Positions 6,995-11,881 of a DNA stretch of 11,881 bases are shown here, one piece after another. The notes under the pieces are model-generated. The model was not told where the DNA came from, made no database searches, and was given only the letters and a program-made list of their open reading frames with translations. Source of the DNA: a virus. Lineage: Duplodnaviria; Heunggongvirae; Uroviricota; Caudoviricetes. The stretch is from IMG/VR virus record IMGVR_UViG_2579778791_000016, positions 1 through 11,881 of that record, one strand, 5' to 3'. A program made the translations under genes and the position numbers. The stretch's first letter is position 1, and every line of letters starts with the position of its first letter.

Positions 6995-7023
6995 AGTATA
7001 TGGCTTTTAATCCAGTTTTGCAA
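6995..7023 (-). promoter_or_regulatory. Near-consensus sigma70 promoter overlapping the 3' end of Q (candidate late promoter pR' with qut)
   Basis: TTGCAA (7023..7018) - 17 nt - TATACT (7000..6995) on the minus strand. The Q stop codon (7009..7007) lies inside the spacer. A -10-like TGGTATGTT sits in the initial transcribed region. Confidence 0.45.
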
Positions 7024-7696
7024 TATTTTGCTGTAAAAATGCTGCCTTTTGTTTTGAACGTGTTCTCGTCACAAGCAATAAAGCATCACTATCAAGCTGT
7101 AGAAAAATGTGCTTCATTGCAACCCAGCGTTCAGTAAATGTCTCGGACCAGTTTTTTGTTGTCACTCCCACCAATGATGCCAGTGTCTGGTATTCATAGG
7201 CCTCACGCCCTGCAAGTTCGCTCTTCACATCCTGTGCAGCCAGCCAGATTAACGTCTTCAGGCGATCCAGTGTCTTACCTGCAATTTTTCTGTTACTTAA
7301 CAAATCTTTAAACTCGCTCCATGCCCATTGCGTTATGGTGACCTGATGCCCCCATCGAACGCTTTCGCTGTAACACCAAAGCAACCATGCTTTCTGATGT
7401 TCATCGAGAGACAAAACCGCGCGGCGCCATGAAGAGGTTGAGAATTCAACCGGGCTGACCAAAGCAATGGATGAACCTTTTGCGTACGACTGCTTACCGG
7501 AAGTCGGCGTATTATCCCGCGTAATCATCTTGCCAGTTACCACATCCAGAATGCGCGGCTTCTTTCGTTTGTATGTACCAGTATCAAATTGTGCATGCTC
7601 CTGCCAGGCTTCGAGCTGGCCTTTCGTTGCTCCGTTCAAGTCAGCAGTAGCTGCCATAAGTTGCTCACGAACATACTGTAAATATTGGGTATTCAT
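7007..7696 (-). CDS. Q: Q-like late antiterminator (long-form Q family, about 230-250 aa)
   Basis: Positioned after ninI and before the late/lysis genes, with a promoter and terminator at its 3' end. Start taken at the ATG at 7696 (MNTQYLQYVREQ..., AGGA Shine-Dalgarno 8 nt upstream) rather than the track start at 7780. Family assignment rests on context and size, not on recognised motifs. Confidence 0.5.
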   Translation of the reverse strand: MNTQYLQYVREQLMAATADLNGATKGQLEAWQEHAQFDTGTYKRKKPRILDVVTGKMITRDNTPTSGKQSYAKGSSIALVSPVEFSTSSWRRAVLSLDEHQKAWLLWCYSESVRWGHQVTITQWAWSEFKDLLSNRKIAGKTLDRLKTLIWLAAQDVKSELAGREAYEYQTLASLVGVTTKNWSETFTERWVAMKHIFLQLDSDALLLVTRTRSKQKAAFLQQNIAKLD

Positions 7697-8172
7697 GCAG
7701 TAAATCCTTTCTATATTTTGGCATAATTCTTCAACATTCGGTAATCGTTCAAAACCGAATCGGGGAAACGACATAAGCACAGGAGCCCCCAGCGACAGCG
7801 AAGGAGTTCTGATATATAAGACTCAGACATCATTCATTCCCCGGTTCTCCAATATCTGTTTCACTCATCATCCATAACTACCTGTAATTGCCCCCCCTTT
7901 TTTTGTAACAGTTCTTATATTGCTATATAGAATAGCCATTACTAATGCATTTAAATTTAATAAAATAAAAATTATAAAAAAACATAAAACACCACGCAAA
8001 CACACTTAATAAAAACACCGTTACATTAAAAGATAATAAAAACCACAATAAAAAACAAATAAATCAATTGTCTCACGCAATTATAAAACATCATATTGAT
8101 TACGCACCTTGTATTACAAACTCATGTATGTAAAATACGCGCACCATTCAAAAAAAAGGAAGACAATAACAT

Positions 8173-9132
8173 ATGAAAAAAAGTGTCATCGCTGGCGTCT
8201 TTATTGCTCTGTCATTTACCACGTGTTCAGCTATCGCGAACAGCCTTGCATTATCATTAGCAAATGATGATGCAGGGAAGTTTCAACCAATACTTAATGA
8301 TATTTATGGCAATAAACATGAAAACAGAGATGATTACTCACAAGGCTTATTTCTGGGATATAGCCACGATATCTCAGACTCGAGCCAATTATCTCTCCAT
8401 ATTGCGCAAGATATTTACTCTCCATCAGGCAGTAATAAAAGACACAACACAGCCGTAACTGGAGACAGAGCTTTTAGTGCATACACTCACACTGGTATTG
8501 AATGGAACTCCCTTGCGAATGACTGGATTCGCTATCGATTAGGTACTGACATAGGTGTTGTTGGCCCCGACGCAGGCGGTCAGAAAGTACAAAATAAAGC
8601 TCATGAGATTATTGGGGCAGAAAAATATCATGCATGGGATGATCAAATAGAGAATCGCTACGGTTATACTGTAAAAGGGATGCTATCCATGACACCAAGT
8701 ATGGATATTTTAGGTGCTAATGTTGGATTATACCCTGAAGTTTCTGCTGTTACTGGAAACTTATTTCAATATGTAGCATATGGCGCAACCATTGCCATTG
8801 GTAATGATAAAACCTTCAATTCGGATAATGGCTTTGGTCTGCTGGCTCCCCGTGGTTTAATGCATATGTCCGATACAAGCGGATTCAAATACAAGATTTT
8901 TGCAGGTATGGAAAGACGAGATGTCAATCGCAACTATACTCTCGAAGGAAAAACAATACAGACGAAACAAACAACAGTATCGCTAAACAAAACTGTTGAT
9001 GAATATCAAGTTGGCGCAACAATTGGGTATGCACCTGTAGCCTTCACACTAGCATTTAATAAAGTAACATCAGAATTCAAGACAGGGGATGACTATTCAT
9101 TTATAAATGGAGCAATCACCTTCTTTTTTTAA
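8173..9132 (+). CDS. lpxR: Outer-membrane beta-barrel protein, probably lipid A 3'-O-deacylase LpxR family
   Basis: Signal peptide MKKSVIAGVFIALSFTTCSAIA, predicted mature size 296 aa (the size I recall for mature LpxR), C-terminal aromatic beta-barrel signature ...GAITFFF, AAGGAAG Shine-Dalgarno. AT-rich gene with a long AT-rich upstream region, opposite in orientation to the flanking phage genes. Confidence 0.55.
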   Translation: MKKSVIAGVFIALSFTTCSAIANSLALSLANDDAGKFQPILNDIYGNKHENRDDYSQGLFLGYSHDISDSSQLSLHIAQDIYSPSGSNKRHNTAVTGDRAFSAYTHTGIEWNSLANDWIRYRLGTDIGVVGPDAGGQKVQNKAHEIIGAEKYHAWDDQIENRYGYTVKGMLSMTPSMDILGANVGLYPEVSAVTGNLFQYVAYGATIAIGNDKTFNSDNGFGLLAPRGLMHMSDTSGFKYKIFAGMERRDVNRNYTLEGKTIQTKQTTVSLNKTVDEYQVGATIGYAPVAFTLAFNKVTSEFKTGDDYSFINGAITFFF

Positions 9133-9161
9133 CTGAATTGAATTCAATCAAAATAACATAA

Positions 9162-9214
9162 GTCCAACAAAAACATAAAGTGCGAAATGAATGCCAGCTC
9201 CATTTATTTCGCAC
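9162..9214 (-). terminator. Intrinsic terminator in the ninI-lpxR convergent intergenic region (minus-strand orientation)
   Basis: 14-bp stem GUGCGAAAUGAAUG/CAUUUAUUUCGCAC (one G-U pair) with a 7-nt loop, followed on the minus strand by UUUAUGUUUUUGUUGG. Confidence 0.5.
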
Positions 9215-9343
9215 TATAAAAGATTAAAAGTTGCAATAAAATAATAAAATGACTCAGTTACGAAAACCAATAAACTGTGGCCAGTAGTGAGTCGCTCATC
9301 ATCGGGCTTTTTGGCGAATGAAATTTAGCTACGCTTTCGAGTC

Positions 9344-10009
9344 TCATGCGCCTTCTCCCTGTACCTGAATCAATGTGAGGTTTCCGCAGAACACTGCGCC
9401 AGTATCGATATACATCTGGTTGGCAAATTTGAGTGGTTTCACTGCTGGCGTATGACCAAAGATGAACGTGTCCGCGCCTTTGATTTCTTTCACGATCCCG
9501 TCTTGTGAGTTGCTGATTCGTTCGCGGTTCCAGATTACCTGCTGATGATCAACTGGCTTTCCAAACTCGTATTTATCACAAGGATAATCGGCGTGGCAAA
9601 TGACATATTTTTTATCTTTGCTCACCAGTTCGATGATTAACGGAAGTTCTTCTGCTTTATGGGCAAGAACTTTAGCCAGAGTCTCTTTGTCGTAATCGAG
9701 ATTAAAGAACCAGCCACCGCCATTAAGCAGCCAGTGATTAACGTTTCCACGCTCTGATAAGCCATCAATCATCATTTGCTCATGGTTTCCACGCACAGCT
9801 CTGAACCAGGGGAATGTGATTAATTCCAGACATTCGACGTTCTCTGTACCGCGATCAACCAAATCGCCAACCGAGATGAGCAGGTCTTTTTTGGTGTCGA
9901 ATCCAATCGTATCCAGTTTGTTCATCAGGTTCGTGTAGCATCCGTGCAGGTCGCCAGCTACCCAAATATTTCGGTATTTGCTGCCATCAATTCTTTCGTA
10001 GATATTCAT
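9344..10009 (-). CDS. ninI: Ser/Thr protein phosphatase (lambda NinI / lambda-PPase homologue)
   Basis: 221 aa with metallophosphatase motifs GDLHG, GDLVDRG and GNHE; near-identical to lambda phosphatase as recalled. Start overlaps the ninG stop (ATGA). Confidence 0.9.
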   Translation of the reverse strand: MNIYERIDGSKYRNIWVAGDLHGCYTNLMNKLDTIGFDTKKDLLISVGDLVDRGTENVECLELITFPWFRAVRGNHEQMMIDGLSERGNVNHWLLNGGGWFFNLDYDKETLAKVLAHKAEELPLIIELVSKDKKYVICHADYPCDKYEFGKPVDHQQVIWNRERISNSQDGIVKEIKGADTFIFGHTPAVKPLKFANQMYIDTGAVFCGNLTLIQVQGEGA

Positions 10010-10620
10010 GCAGCCTCACTTCTGCTGTTTCGCAGGTCTTTGAGTTTCTGTTGGTACTCTGCCTTGATCGCCTTGCACTCTTCGACAGTCCAGCGATGGC
10101 GGTTATGGTTTGATTCGATTTCGTCTACTGCTTCCTGCCTGATGCGGCTAATCAGTTCGACGCGATACGGAACGAGATTTCCGCTTTTGTGCTGGTTGCA
10201 CACCACGCATTGCTTGTGAATATTGCGTTCATCAAATCGGAGTTGAGGTGCCGCAGCAGTTGTCCGGTAATGTCCGGCATCCCACTGAGCAGACGTGAGC
10301 GTTCCGCACGAGATACATGGTAAGTCGCGGTCTCTTTCTCTGATGAAGGCGTTTACGGCTTGTTGGGCTTGTTTAATCCAGTAACTGCGGGGCTTTAAGG
10401 CGAGTTTTCGAATCTTAAGTTTATCTTTCTGTTTCTGCTCCTCTCGTCGTCGTTTCTTCTCTGCTGCTTTTTCCGCTTTTTCGCGTTCTTTACTTCGTCG
10501 TTCGAGTGCTATCTTGGTTCCACACTCTGGAGAGCACCACCACTGATTAGCGAATGCAGGGTGAAACCATTCCCGACATTCATCGTTTTTACATCGTCTT
10601 CGCGCTGGTTTAGCCATCAT
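10006..10620 (-). CDS. ninG: NinG / Rap recombination-associated protein
   Basis: 204 aa, [34 protein letters not shown]...; near-identical to lambda NinG as recalled. Confidence 0.9.
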   Translation of the reverse strand: MMAKPARRRCKNDECREWFHPAFANQWWCSPECGTKIALERRSKEREKAEKAAEKKRRREEQKQKDKLKIRKLALKPRSYWIKQAQQAVNAFIRERDRDLPCISCGTLTSAQWDAGHYRTTAAAPQLRFDERNIHKQCVVCNQHKSGNLVPYRVELISRIRQEAVDEIESNHNRHRWTVEECKAIKAEYQQKLKDLRNSRSEAA

Positions 10621-10780
10621 CTTCTTCCTCGTGCATCGAGCTATTCGAATCGCTCATCAGCTCTGCACAGCAGTGCTCACACACGTGAACTTCCAGCACA
10701 TGCAGCTTCTGACCGCAATTAGCGCACGTTAAAGCCCGCTCGACGCTTTCTTGTTCGTAACTTCGATTTGGGTCAATCAC
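10610..10780 (-). CDS. ninF: NinF
   Basis: ...[43 protein letters not shown]...EEEDDG matches lambda NinF. Probable GTG start at 10780 overlaps the ninE stop (GTGA); the track ORF extends upstream to 10822. Confidence 0.8.
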   Translation of the reverse strand: MIDPNRSYEQESVERALTCANCGQKLHVLEVHVCEHCCAELMSDSNSSMHEEEDDG

Positions 10781-10959
10781 CTTGTATTCCTCGCACGATG
10801 TCTTAGCCACCGGATATCCCACAGGTGAGCCGTGTAGTTGAAGGTTTTTACGTCAGATTCTTTTGGGATTGGCTTGCGTTTATTTCTGGAGCGTTTCGTT
10901 GGAAGGTATTTGCAGTTTTCGCAGATGATGTCGGTGAAACTTCGTCGTTGTCGCCTCAT
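10777..10959 (-). CDS. ninE: NinE
   Basis: 60 aa, [60 protein letters not shown], near-identical to lambda NinE. ATG overlaps the upstream stop (ATGA). Confidence 0.85.
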   Translation of the reverse strand: MRRQRRSFTDIICENCKYLPTKRSRNKRKPIPKESDVKTFNYTAHLWDIRWLRHRARNTR

Positions 10960-11415
10960 GTCGCCCTCCTGACGCCCTGCCCGATCGCCATCAATGCCGC
11001 TTTGGATACGATAGTAAACATCCGTCGAGGACTAATGAACGGTCGCCAAATCAGCAGCATGGAGCCTTTGCTGTTTCCCTTCTTCTCCAGCCCTGTCGAT
11101 GGTTCGATAAAATTAATCCGTCCATCAGTGATAATACGAACTTCGTCAACACTCTCCAGAGCCTTGCTGAACCATCCGACAGACATATCCTCTGGCACAA
11201 GCATCACTACCGTCTGTCGCTGTTGTATGCACTGCTCAGCGGCTTTTTCCACCCACGGCCTGATATTGCTGTACGGTGGGTTATTCCAGATTGCACCGTG
11301 GCTTATCCACTCAGAATTTAGCGCGTCGTCAGCCTCAGTTAGCCAGTGAGCGCACAGAGCGTTTTTGTCGCTCGCTGCCGAATCCAGCCAGAATCCAAAC
11401 TCAATATCCAGTGCA

Positions 11416-11866
<451 letters not shown>

Positions 11867-11881
11867 TTTATGGTCACTTTT

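Overview
This window is the late-regulatory and lysis end of an integrated lambdoid prophage of an Escherichia/Shigella-type host, read almost entirely on the minus strand, with several visibly AT-rich cargo insertions. All homology calls are from memory of lambda, phage 21 and 933W-type proteins, not from a search. In transcription order (high to low coordinates): a lambda-like nin region (ninB apparently 5'-truncated, a phage Dam-type N6-adenine methyltransferase, ninE, ninF, ninG, ninI phosphatase; ninH absent); an oppositely oriented outer-membrane beta-barrel gene that looks like lipid A 3'-O-deacylase LpxR; a Q-like antiterminator with a near-consensus promoter and intrinsic terminator at its 3' end (candidate pR'/tR'); an uncharacterised polytopic membrane protein at the position where Stx phages carry tRNAs and stx, followed by a small-ORF/terminator module; a NanS-p-type sialate O-acetylesterase; the pinholin, SAR-endolysin and Rz/Rz1 lysis cassette; two further accessory genes (small membrane protein, TonB C-terminal-domain lipoprotein); the cos site; and the start of the terminase small subunit. 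No stx genes, tRNAs, CRISPR array or IS element were recognised. The most interesting unexplained element is the membrane-protein cargo unit between Q and nanS-p.
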